From assembly GCA_965656375.1 (NCBI GenBank), contig CBFHKH010000001.1, positions 345,319 to 409,318 on the forward strand: a stretch of 64,000 bases of DNA, given 5' to 3'. Within the stretch, counting starts at the first letter, position 1. Each line of letters opens with the position of its first letter. Under the pieces are notes generated by a model, which saw only the letters and a list, made by a program, of their open reading frames with translations, searched no databases and was not told the origin of the DNA. The stretch is from Minisyncoccia bacterium (GTDB lineage Bacteria > Patescibacteriota > Minisyncoccia > Phycocordibacterales > UBA9973). Below are positions 1-8,539 of the stretch, piece by piece. A program made the translations under genes and the position numbers.

Positions 1-114
1 ATGAGATCAGCCAGTTTGTAAAAGACCTGGTAGGCTAAAAATTCTGCCAAAATCAAGAAAAACGAGTGCATGTGCATTCGTTTTTTATTTTGGAATATCT
101 GTTAAAATGGAGAT

Positions 115-366
115 ATGACGAGAAAACAACCCTCTAAAAGTCAGATTCATACACTTCCAACAGATGTAAAGAAAGCACTCGCCTCTGTTAAAAATGCGCA
201 GGCAGTGTGGGATGATATCACTCCCCTTGCTCGCAATGAATGGATATGTTGGATTACCTCAGGAAAAAAAGAAGAGACAAGAACTATCCGTATCAAAAAA
301 GCACTTTCAAAACTTTCTAGCGGCATGCGCCGTCCATGCTGCTGGGCTGGATGTACTCATCGATAG
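115..366 (+). CDS. YdeI/OmpD-associated family protein
   Basis: 83 aa; LPxDVxxAL...WxxITPLARNEWICWI...KKEETR...RPCCWAGC pattern typical of the family. Confidence 0.8.
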   Translation: MTRKQPSKSQIHTLPTDVKKALASVKNAQAVWDDITPLARNEWICWITSGKKEETRTIRIKKALSKLSSGMRRPCCWAGCTHR

Positions 367-397
367 GCGGAAAGTATTTCGCCTGCACGCACTTTTG

Positions 398-787
398 TTA
401 GTTCTCAACGATTGTCTTGAACCCACCGGAAGCAAATCGCTTCATATCAAATAGCATAGCCATAGTTGCATACTTTTTCTTGTTTTGGGGACTGTCCATT
501 TCTTTCATAACCTTCTTATTTACTTCGTCTCTATGCTTTTTAGATTTATAGACAATCCAAGAGAAAACAACTGTTTCATCTTTCGCAAGCTTTGCAAGTT
601 TTTCAAAACCTTGTCCTCCCATTCCTTTCATTTGTAAATCATCTCCAATACATTCAAAGTATTCAAGTGCTCCGTATTTCTTCCATGTCTTTGCACCCCA
701 CTGTGCCATTTTCTTATATGCTGCAACATTTTTTTTCTTAAGAGGAATTACAAATCCATCAACATATTTTTTACTATTTGTTTTCAT
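398..787 (-). CDS. DUF1428 (YbaA-like) protein
   Basis: YVDGFVIP...AYKKMA...GALEYFEC...ETVVFSWIVYKS...FDMKR..GGF. Confidence 0.85.
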   Translation of the reverse strand: MKTNSKKYVDGFVIPLKKKNVAAYKKMAQWGAKTWKKYGALEYFECIGDDLQMKGMGGQGFEKLAKLAKDETVVFSWIVYKSKKHRDEVNKKVMKEMDSPQNKKKYATMAMLFDMKRFASGGFKTIVEN

Positions 788-887
788 ATCCTATAGTATA
801 TCAAATATCATTTACACCGCTAAACCGATAGATTAATAACAATAATTATATATTGACAATCGATAAGAGATAGATTACGATAGAGAT

Positions 888-1337
888 ATGAAAAAATCCT
901 TAGTTATATTCCTTCAAAGTATTGTTGTATTAGTCGGTATCGTAGTATTAATCTTCATGTTATGGGAACCTCATATCGAAGGGAGAAATCTCCATGCTAC
1001 CCTCTTTGAAATCTACTTCAAAGATACATTTCTCATATACGCGTATTTTGCATCTATTCCTTTTTTTGTGGGACTCTACCAAACATTTAAAATTTTAAAA
1101 TTTACTAGACAGAATAAATTATTCTCATTAAAAGTCATCAAAGCGCTACGAAATATACAGTATTGTGCAGTAGCTACTATTTGTTTTGCTATAGCAGGAG
1201 AAAATATATTTATCTTATACAACAATTCTGATGATCGTGCAGGTGGAGTTTTCATGGGCTTCCTCATTTGCTTCATTTCACTGATTGTCGGACTAACAGC
1301 AGTAGGGTTTGAAAAGAAAGTTAAGAAGTCAATGTAA
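888..1337 (+). CDS. DUF2975 (YoaS-like) membrane protein
   Basis: 4 hydrophobic segments; LWEPHIEGRN and FSLKVIKALRNIQYCA motifs. Confidence 0.75.
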   Translation: MKKSLVIFLQSIVVLVGIVVLIFMLWEPHIEGRNLHATLFEIYFKDTFLIYAYFASIPFFVGLYQTFKILKFTRQNKLFSLKVIKALRNIQYCAVATICFAIAGENIFILYNNSDDRAGGVFMGFLICFISLIVGLTAVGFEKKVKKSM

Positions 1338-1368
1338 GAACCTTAACTTAATTTGATATAATGAACGC

Positions 1369-1770
1369 ATGAATAAAAATACACATTTAGTATATGTAAT
1401 TGCAGGCTTTCTCGTAGGGATTTTAATAACAATTATATTCTTCCATTATAAGAAAGTAGACACAATAGGATCAAATCCTACGGGTATCCACCAAATGCCT
1501 GATGGAACACTGATGAATGATGATGGAATGTCCATGTCATCTATGATGGATGGAATGATGGCCGGTTTAGAAGGTAAAACTGGTGACGAATTCGATAAAG
1601 CATTTCTTTCTGAAATGATTACGCATCACCAGGGAGCCGTAGAGATGGCAAAAGCTGTACTCAAAACATCAAAGCGACCTGAACTTATAAAACTCGCAAA
1701 CGATATTATTTCTGCTCAAACAAAAGAAATAGAAATGATGAAAGGTTGGCAAAAAATCTGGTTTAAATAA
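1369..1770 (+). CDS. DUF305 ferritin-like exported protein
   Basis: N-terminal TM, Met-rich linker, FDKAFLSEMITHHQGAVEMA...IISAQTKEIEMM. Confidence 0.85.
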   Translation: MNKNTHLVYVIAGFLVGILITIIFFHYKKVDTIGSNPTGIHQMPDGTLMNDDGMSMSSMMDGMMAGLEGKTGDEFDKAFLSEMITHHQGAVEMAKAVLKTSKRPELIKLANDIISAQTKEIEMMKGWQKIWFK

Positions 1771-1803
1771 ATCAACTCTAAACACAAGATAAAGCCCTCA
1801 GAG

Positions 1804-2205
1804 TTATACTTTCTCAGTGATGCACACTTCCCCATTCGAATAACCTTCAACTACTTTGACTTCTTTATCTTCAAAGTATTCGATAGTATTTGAAGAGATT
1901 GCTTTTTCAAATAGAGTTTTTGAATATAGAGGAGGTGCTCCTTCTTTGCGAGAAATTGTTATATGAGGATATTTATTCTTTGATTTTGTGTTCTCAACGA
2001 GGAGATCATCTCCGAATTCATCATAGGCTCTCCCGATTATCTTTATACTGTGTTCTTTTCCTATCTCTACTCCATCTAAACTACTAGGTTCAAATTCGAT
2101 AGTGGAATGATGCCCAAAAATCTTCTCGTGTTTTGGAGGGAATCTTTTTAATAAATCTTCTATATTTTTTACAAATAGTCCTGTGAATTTTATCTTCTCT
2201 TGCAT
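1804..2205 (-). CDS. putative 2H phosphoesterase-fold protein (cassette gene)
   Basis: Two HxT motifs (GHHSTIEF, YPHITIS); start reassigned to MQEKIKF just downstream of a TG-TATAAT box. Confidence 0.55.
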   Translation of the reverse strand: MQEKIKFTGLFVKNIEDLLKRFPPKHEKIFGHHSTIEFEPSSLDGVEIGKEHSIKIIGRAYDEFGDDLLVENTKSKNKYPHITISRKEGAPPLYSKTLFEKAISSNTIEYFEDKEVKVVEGYSNGEVCITEKV

Positions 2206-2282
2206 AAAAAAATTATACCATAGGTTCGAACTCCTAACTTTGGCAACAAAAAATTGCCTTATAAATGAAGGATGAAAATTTT

Positions 2283-2309
2283 GCTCCAGACGTGGGAGGA
2301 GGTTCAGAA
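2283..2309 (-). repeat. att-like cassette junction repeat, tRNA-Asn array copy 2
   Basis: Minus strand TTCTGAA-CCTCCTCCCACGTCTGGAG-C; 7+19 nt layout ending in the tRNA-Asn terminal GGAGC. Confidence 0.6.
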
Positions 2310-2314
2310 GATTA

Positions 2315-2647
2315 TTATTTTCGAAACACGAGTATGAAGGATGATACGACAAGTGCCGCTATGCACGTGAGGAAGAGCCATGCGTTCTCGGCGCCATTGG
2401 CCCACCATGCTCCAACAATTATTACGGTTGCCCCGGCAAGAATACCAAATACTAGCTTAGGAATCTTAGATGATTGAACAGAAGTACGTACCTGGAAGAA
2501 AGAAAAAAGAATCATCCAAATACTAAACACGTAGAGCCAAGTGTCGTTACTCTCGCTACCTTTGGTTAACCATGCCGCACCTACTATGATAAGCGCACCA
2601 ATAATTGAAAAGACAATTATTCCAGATTGATTGCGTAATGAAGTCAT
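2315..2647 (-). CDS. small 4-TM membrane protein with internal duplication (cassette gene)
   Basis: Two similar halves: IIVGAAWLTKGSE..TWLY and IIVGAWWANGAE.AWLF. Confidence 0.7.
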   Translation of the reverse strand: MTSLRNQSGIIVFSIIGALIIVGAAWLTKGSESNDTWLYVFSIWMILFSFFQVRTSVQSSKIPKLVFGILAGATVIIVGAWWANGAENAWLFLTCIAALVVSSFILVFRK

Positions 2648-2674
2648 GTTTTAATTCTACCATAACTATTCTTG

Positions 2675-2701
2675 GCTCCGAACTTGGGACGAGGTTCGAA
2701 G
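2675..2701 (-). repeat. att-like cassette junction repeat, tRNA-Asn array copy 1
   Basis: Minus strand CTTCGAA-CCTCGTCCCAAGTTCGGAG-C; shares AACYTCGTCCCA core with the tRNA-Gln array repeats. Confidence 0.65.
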
Positions 2702-2727
2702 AACTTTATTAGATATAAGCTAGTAAT

Positions 2728-2955
2728 TTATCTTCCAATAAATAAATCAGCCACATTCTCAATTCCTGATGTTGTTGTTTTATATAGTTCTGTATAGCCA
2801 CATTGCATACAAGAAACAGTAACAAATTTATTAGTTTGGAGATTGAAGACTTTAGTCAAGAAACCTCCTGTTGTTGAAATTTTATCTAAGATATAAGTTG
2901 TATTCCCGCATTTAACACAAATGAAAGATTTCTTCTCATTAGTAGTATTCTCCAT
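2728..2955 (-). CDS. zinc-ribbon nucleic-acid-binding protein (cassette gene)
   Basis: CVKCG...GGFLTKVFNLQTNKF..VSCMQCGYTELY; start reassigned to MENTTNE. Confidence 0.8.
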   Translation of the reverse strand: MENTTNEKKSFICVKCGNTTYILDKISTTGGFLTKVFNLQTNKFVTVSCMQCGYTELYKTTTSGIENVADLFIGR

Positions 2956-3031
2956 ATTGTAACTATAACATAGGTTCGAACTTGTATAAAGGTAGCAAAA
3001 ATATCCATTGAAAAATATGGTTAAAAGTTTT

Positions 3032-3197
3032 GCTCCTCGGGTAGGGTATCTCGGCTTACCGCCGCTGGTACTTTCTCGATTGCAAATCAATACGAGAAAG
3101 TCTTTCGATCCCTACACGAAAGCAAAGCAGTTTGCTTTCTCCGAGGAGCTCAAAAAATCAAAGGCCACCATTTCTGGTGACCTAAGATTTTTGCGAG
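3032..3197 (-). other. tRNA-mirror element downstream of tRNA-Asn
   Basis: Hairpin, antisense tRNA-Asn 3' end split by 25-nt hairpin (3116-3140), AGACTTTCTC..GAGAAAGTACC stem, then direct copy of tRNA 3' end (3032-3046). Confidence 0.8.
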
Positions 3198-3269
3198 CTC
3201 CTCGGGTAGGGATCGAACCTACGACCAATCGATTAACAGTCGATTGCTCTACCGCTGAGCTACCGAGGA
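3198..3269 (-). tRNA. tRNA-Asn (GTT)
   Basis: Cloverleaf TCCTCGG/CCGAGGA, anticodon loop CTGTTAA, GGTTCGATCC T arm. Confidence 0.97.
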
Positions 3270-3404
3270 ATACTGATATGTTCCCAGGAGAGATTGAACA
3301 CATTACGGTTACCTGGAAAACGAGTACAGTCTATCAAAAAACGACTCAAAATGCAAAAGAAAACCCTCCTTTAAAAAGAAGGGTTTTCTTGGGGATATTA
3401 GAGA

Positions 3405-3965
3405 TTAGTGACTTGCAACTGTATGAACATGATGTGCAGGCTTTCGTCCAAGCATACGAGCGATAATGATAATCACAAGTATCAGTAGTATTACCAGGAG
3501 CCACTGCCAAATAGAACTTGGCATAAATGAACCTGAACCATTTACAGAAAGTGCTGTGAGTTCACTTCTATTGTTAGTTGGGTAGAGGCTACCATATACC
3601 TGATTTTGTGGGACATTGTTTGAAGTGTTTACAGTACTATTTGTATTTGTTGTATTCGCACGTGCTACGGTACGTGTAGTTGTTGTACGATTCGTTGAAA
3701 CAGTCTTTGTAGGTGTCTGTGTTTGCGCAGGTGCTACAGTCTGAGTGTTATTAGTAGTGGTAACTGTGTTTGAATTCGTAGTTGTAGGCTGGACTGGAGT
3801 AGTGTACGCAGTAGAAACTGGAGTCGAAAATGTAGGATTGCTATTTACTGGACGCGGCTGCGGATCCCACACACCTGGTACATATGCTGATGCAGTTTGA
3901 AAACTCACAAGTAGTAATACTGCTGTTCCGGCTGCTATTAGGTTTTTGATTGTTTTATTATTCAT
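3405..3965 (-). CDS. Thr/Asn-rich exported protein with C-terminal membrane anchor
   Basis: Signal peptide (..ASA), low-complexity T/N/P stalk, C-terminal TM followed by basic tail. Confidence 0.7.
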   Translation of the reverse strand: MNNKTIKNLIAAGTAVLLLVSFQTASAYVPGVWDPQPRPVNSNPTFSTPVSTAYTTPVQPTTTNSNTVTTTNNTQTVAPAQTQTPTKTVSTNRTTTTRTVARANTTNTNSTVNTSNNVPQNQVYGSLYPTNNRSELTALSVNGSGSFMPSSIWQWLLVILLILVIIIIARMLGRKPAHHVHTVASH

Positions 3966-4111
3966 ATGAGTATTATAGCATATAAATATACCTTTTGTCA
4001 AGTACCTGTATTCCCTCTTTAACCCTTATAAAATAAGATATAATATGAAAGTATAAATTCTCAAGCAAAAAGAGTATAATAAAAAACATTACACATAACA
4101 CGCACAAAACT

Positions 4112-5332
4112 ATGAATAATCCATTCCAAAACGCGATGCTCCAGCTTGATCGAGCAGTAAAAGTAAAGCCATTTAATGCTGAATTCCTATCAAGATTGCA
4201 CCAGCCAAATCGCGAAATCCGCATCTCTATACCAATCACCATGGATGATGGATCATTGAAAATTTTTGAAGGGTATCGTGTGCAATACAACAACGCACGC
4301 GGCCCATATAAAGGCGGTATACGCTATCATCAGGATACAGATATAAACGAGGTCAAAGCGCTCGCATTTTGGATGGCACTCAAATGCGCAGTTGCAAACA
4401 TTCCAATGGGTGGAGGCAAAGGCGGCATCACTGTAGATCCAAAGAAGCTTTCGAAGAGCGAACTTGAAAAACTTTCTCGCGGATGGATACAACTCATGGC
4501 TCCGGTTATTGGACCAGACGTTGATGTCCCCGCTCCTGATGTAAACACAACGGGTGAAATCATGGCATGGATGGTAGATGAATACTCAAAAATTACAGGC
4601 GACAAAACAAATGCTGTGATAACCGGAAAGCCGATCGAGGTTGGCGGCTCAGAAGGCCGAGGTCCGGCTACTGGACTTGGAGGATTTTATGTATTTGACT
4701 CTATCCGCCAAAAAATAGCTCTTCCCGACTCTTGTCGAGTAGTTATTCAAGGATTTGGTAATGTGGGCGGTAATGCTGCAGAAATCCTATCAAAGAACGG
4801 ACATACAATCATCGCACTCTCTGACTCGAAAGGAGCAATTCTAAAGGAAGATGGGATCGATATTGCTGAGCTAAACGAATATAAAAAGGAGCATGGCCAA
4901 ATCGGCGGCTTTCCAGGATCTACAATGATCACAAACGAAGCACTTCTTCTCCTTGAATGCGATGTGCTCATTCCTGCAGCACTCGAGAACCAAATCACAG
5001 AAGAAAATGCAAATAATATAAAAGCAAAGCTTGTGCTTGAACTTGCAAACGGCCCTACAACTCCAGAAGCAGATGACATACTCTTCGATCGCGGCATTCC
5101 TGTTATTCCTGATATTCTTGCGAATGCCGGTGGAGTTACTGTTTCTACATTTGAATGGGAGCAAAATAGAAAAGGTGAACATTGGAGCGAAGCTGAAGTA
5201 TTTCAAAAACTAAAGAAAATAATGGATGAGGAAACTGACATGATATTCAACCGCTCTAAAGAATTGGGTACGGATATCCGAAGAGCAGCTTTTGTTGTCG
5301 CACTCGAGCGTATTGAACAAGCAACAAAATAA
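4112..5332 (+). CDS. gdhA: Glu/Leu/Phe/Val dehydrogenase (glutamate dehydrogenase)
   Basis: GPYKGGIRY, GGGKGG, DVPAPDV, QGFGNVG, PDILANAGGV. Confidence 0.92.
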   Translation: MNNPFQNAMLQLDRAVKVKPFNAEFLSRLHQPNREIRISIPITMDDGSLKIFEGYRVQYNNARGPYKGGIRYHQDTDINEVKALAFWMALKCAVANIPMGGGKGGITVDPKKLSKSELEKLSRGWIQLMAPVIGPDVDVPAPDVNTTGEIMAWMVDEYSKITGDKTNAVITGKPIEVGGSEGRGPATGLGGFYVFDSIRQKIALPDSCRVVIQGFGNVGGNAAEILSKNGHTIIALSDSKGAILKEDGIDIAELNEYKKEHGQIGGFPGSTMITNEALLLLECDVLIPAALENQITEENANNIKAKLVLELANGPTTPEADDILFDRGIPVIPDILANAGGVTVSTFEWEQNRKGEHWSEAEVFQKLKKIMDEETDMIFNRSKELGTDIRRAAFVVALERIEQATK

Positions 5333-5339
5333 ATATTCT

Positions 5340-7898
5340 ATGCCACGAATAACACAAAAAAAGAATATTCGGCTTGTTCCCCATGTGCGACCAGAGCGAT
5401 ATACCCTCACCATCAAGCCTGACCTCGAAGCATTTATATTTGAAGGTAAAGAAATCATATCGATAATCTTGGATAAGTCACTCCGTGCGATCACACTTCA
5501 CTCAAAAGATATCAAGATCCATACCGTAGAAATACACTCTGGTAAAGAAAGTCAGTTTGCAACAAAGATCACATATGACACTAAAAATGAAACTGCCACA
5601 TTCACTTTCAAACAACCCATCAAAAAAGGAAAAGCGAAGCTTTCACTTGTCTTTGAAGGAATCATAAGTGATACTCTTCGCGGGTTCTACCGGAGTCGAT
5701 ATACAATCGAAGGAAAAACTCGCCATTTGGCAACAACGCAATTTGAAGCAACAGATGCAAGGCGTGCATTTCCATGCTTTGATGAACCTGCGCAAAAAGC
5801 AATTTTCGACGTATCACTTATCGTTCCTGGTGATCATACTGCAATATCGAATACCCTGCCGACTCGTATACGCGAGCATGAAGGTGGATATAAGGTTATT
5901 GAATTTGCATCCACTCCTCGAATGTCCACATATCTACTCGCATTTATCATCGGCGAGTTTGAATACGTCGAAGGATATACAAAAGACAAAGTCCAGGTAC
6001 GGGTGTTCACAACGATAGGAAAGAAGCACCAGGCACAATTCGCACTCGACGTCGCAATTAAATCACTTGAATTCTATAACGAATATTTCAATATTCCCTA
6101 TCCACTTCCTGTACTCGATATGATTGCAATTCCAGACTTTGAGTCGGGAGCCATGGAGAACTGGGGCGCGATCACCTATCGAGAAACAGCTCTCTTAGTA
6201 GACAAGAATAATTCTTCCCTTTCCAACAAGCAGTGGGTAGCTGTCGTCGTTGCCCATGAGATCGCTCACCAATGGTTTGGTAACCTTGTGACTATGGAAT
6301 GGTGGACGGATCTGTGGCTCAATGAAGGATTTGCATCATATATGGAGAATCTCTGCACCGATCATATATTCCCCGAGTGGCGTATGTGGGATTTATACCT
6401 AGCCGATCGATATGCAGTAGCCCTACGCCTCGACGCACTTGCAAATTCGCATCCTATAGAAGTTACGGTACATCATCCAAATGAAATAAGTGAGATATTT
6501 GATATGGTCTCATATGCAAAAGGCTCTGCAGTGATACGCATGATTGCAGAATATGTAGGAGCGGAAAAATTCCGTGATGGATTACGTCACTATTTAAAAA
6601 AACATAGTTACAAAAATACAGTGACAACTGACCTCTGGCATTCATTTGAGAAAGCAAGCGGTAAACCTGTGAAAAAAATGATGGAATCATGGACAAAGAA
6701 AACTGGCTACCCGCTCGTTACGCTTTTACGTGGTAAAAATGGGTACAGCGCAAAGCAAGAACGGTTCTTTTCAAGCAGAATTTCTGCAAAAAAAAGTACG
6801 ACAACTACCGTATGGCAAATTCCATTCAAATATGAAAGTGATGCAGGATCCCACACTGTTCTTGCTACAGGAAAGTCTATCTCGCTCACAGGTAATTCAA
6901 TCGGAAAAATAAACCTAAACGAGGGTTCATTTATGCGAACTCGCTACGATTCAGCCACTCTTGAACATCTGAAAAGTAAGGTACTAAAAAATACTCTTGA
7001 TGTAAAAGACAGACTTGGGCTCATACGTGATTTATTCGCCCTCGCAGAAGGTGGCTATATTAAAGTAGTTGATGCCCTAGAATTCTCACGTGCATATAAA
7101 AATGAAAAGGAATATATCGTCTGGTCTGAGATCGCAAGTGGTATACAAAGAATCTACAACCTCATTTCTGACGAACCATTTACGGATACCTATAGAGCAT
7201 ACGCGCGTTCACTCTTCACACCACTTGCAGAACGTATGACCTTTGAAAAGAAAAAGGGTGAAGATCACTCAGATACATTTCTTCGTTCACTGGCACTTTC
7301 ACAAGCCGCATTCTATGGCGATGAGCGAGTAATTAAAAAAGCGCGCTCACTCTTTACAAAAATGAAGTCTCACCCAATACCTGCTGATATACGAAGCGTC
7401 GTATATACGATCGTCGCCCAAAATGGTGGAAAAAAAGAATATAATGCATTCATGAATCTATTTTTAAATGAAGAACTTCATGAAGAAAAAGATCGCTATG
7501 GTCGCGCACTCACTTCATTTAGAGATAAAACACTCCTTGCTCGAACGCTTATGTTTGCTCTCTCAAAGGATGTACGCACTCAAGATGCACCATATATGCT
7601 TGCTGCTGTATGGCAAAATACCACTGGACGAGATCTCGCATGGAAATTCATACAGCACAACTGGAAAATAATTCTTGCTCGTTATGGCGAGGGAGGATTT
7701 ATTTCGCGAATGCTTACTCCGCTCGGTAGTCATACCAAAACAAATGATGCAGTATATGCAAAGAAATTCTTTTCAAAAAATCTTGCCCCGGGAGCAGAAC
7801 GTACACTCGAACAAGCCTACGAACGAATTTTATCTAATGCGTTGTGGCTGAAAACTGACAAAACAAGTATTAAAAACTGGCTTCATAACAACTACTAA
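5340..7898 (+). CDS. pepN: M1 family aminopeptidase (puromycin-sensitive/PepN type)
   Basis: TQFEATDARRAFPCFDEP, GAMENWG, HEIAHQWFGN..WLNEG; start reassigned to MPRITQ. Confidence 0.92.
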   Translation: MPRITQKKNIRLVPHVRPERYTLTIKPDLEAFIFEGKEIISIILDKSLRAITLHSKDIKIHTVEIHSGKESQFATKITYDTKNETATFTFKQPIKKGKAKLSLVFEGIISDTLRGFYRSRYTIEGKTRHLATTQFEATDARRAFPCFDEPAQKAIFDVSLIVPGDHTAISNTLPTRIREHEGGYKVIEFASTPRMSTYLLAFIIGEFEYVEGYTKDKVQVRVFTTIGKKHQAQFALDVAIKSLEFYNEYFNIPYPLPVLDMIAIPDFESGAMENWGAITYRETALLVDKNNSSLSNKQWVAVVVAHEIAHQWFGNLVTMEWWTDLWLNEGFASYMENLCTDHIFPEWRMWDLYLADRYAVALRLDALANSHPIEVTVHHPNEISEIFDMVSYAKGSAVIRMIAEYVGAEKFRDGLRHYLKKHSYKNTVTTDLWHSFEKASGKPVKKMMESWTKKTGYPLVTLLRGKNGYSAKQERFFSSRISAKKSTTTTVWQIPFKYESDAGSHTVLATGKSISLTGNSIGKINLNEGSFMRTRYDSATLEHLKSKVLKNTLDVKDRLGLIRDLFALAEGGYIKVVDALEFSRAYKNEKEYIVWSEIASGIQRIYNLISDEPFTDTYRAYARSLFTPLAERMTFEKKKGEDHSDTFLRSLALSQAAFYGDERVIKKARSLFTKMKSHPIPADIRSVVYTIVAQNGGKKEYNAFMNLFLNEELHEEKDRYGRALTSFRDKTLLARTLMFALSKDVRTQDAPYMLAAVWQNTTGRDLAWKFIQHNWKIILARYGEGGFISRMLTPLGSHTKTNDAVYAKKFFSKNLAPGAERTLEQAYERILSNALWLKTDKTSIKNWLHNNY

Positions 7899-8503
7899 CT
7901 ATTCTTAAGAAAAGTTTTCCTATGAAGCACTGTCTCTCCGTACTTCTTGAGCGCATCATAATGCGCCTTTGTACCATATCCCATATGTTTTTCAAATCCA
8001 TATTCTCTATACTCTTCTCCATATTTTGTCATGAGCGTATCGCGAGAAACTTTTGCTATAATTGAAGCACACGAAATGACAGGATGAAGCTCATCACCTT
8101 TGATGATAGTTTCTTGAAAGATAAATTCCTGAGGTGCTTTTAATCCCCCATCTAAATAGACAAAGACTTCCGTAGGATTCGATACCACTTTTTTTAAAGA
8201 TGATTCTAGCGCTTTATTGATAGATCTGACAATCCCAACTTTATCTATCCATTCTGCAGATACAAGTGATACCGCAAAATCACAATTTCCTTTCCTTTTT
8301 TCCTCATTCAAAAATCGAAACCATGTTTCTCGTTGTTTTTTTGTAAGTTTTTTAGAGTCGCGAAGCGGAGTGTTAATAGAAATCACATCGAAAAAATCGG
8401 ACTTGCATTTAAATGAGCAGACCGCCACTGGCCCTGCAATTGGACCTCTTCCTACTTCATCGATTCCCACTCTATATGTGCCATTTTTAGCCTCTTTGTC
8501 CAT
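7895..8503 (-). CDS. rnhB: ribonuclease HII
   Basis: GIDEVGRGPIAGPV, DSKKLT, DG, ASIIAKV.RD, HMGYGT..H. Confidence 0.95.
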   Translation of the reverse strand: MDKEAKNGTYRVGIDEVGRGPIAGPVAVCSFKCKSDFFDVISINTPLRDSKKLTKKQRETWFRFLNEEKRKGNCDFAVSLVSAEWIDKVGIVRSINKALESSLKKVVSNPTEVFVYLDGGLKAPQEFIFQETIIKGDELHPVISCASIIAKVSRDTLMTKYGEEYREYGFEKHMGYGTKAHYDALKKYGETVLHRKTFLKNS

Positions 8504-8539
8504 ATAGAGCTATAATACCTCATTTGCTATACTAGTGGA

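Noticed and set aside
3008-3466. ORFs 3008-3466 and 3112-3303 (similarly 31552-31833, 24038-24238, 56144-56341, 57600-58028)
   Set aside because: They overlap tRNAs or mirror elements and are shadow translations
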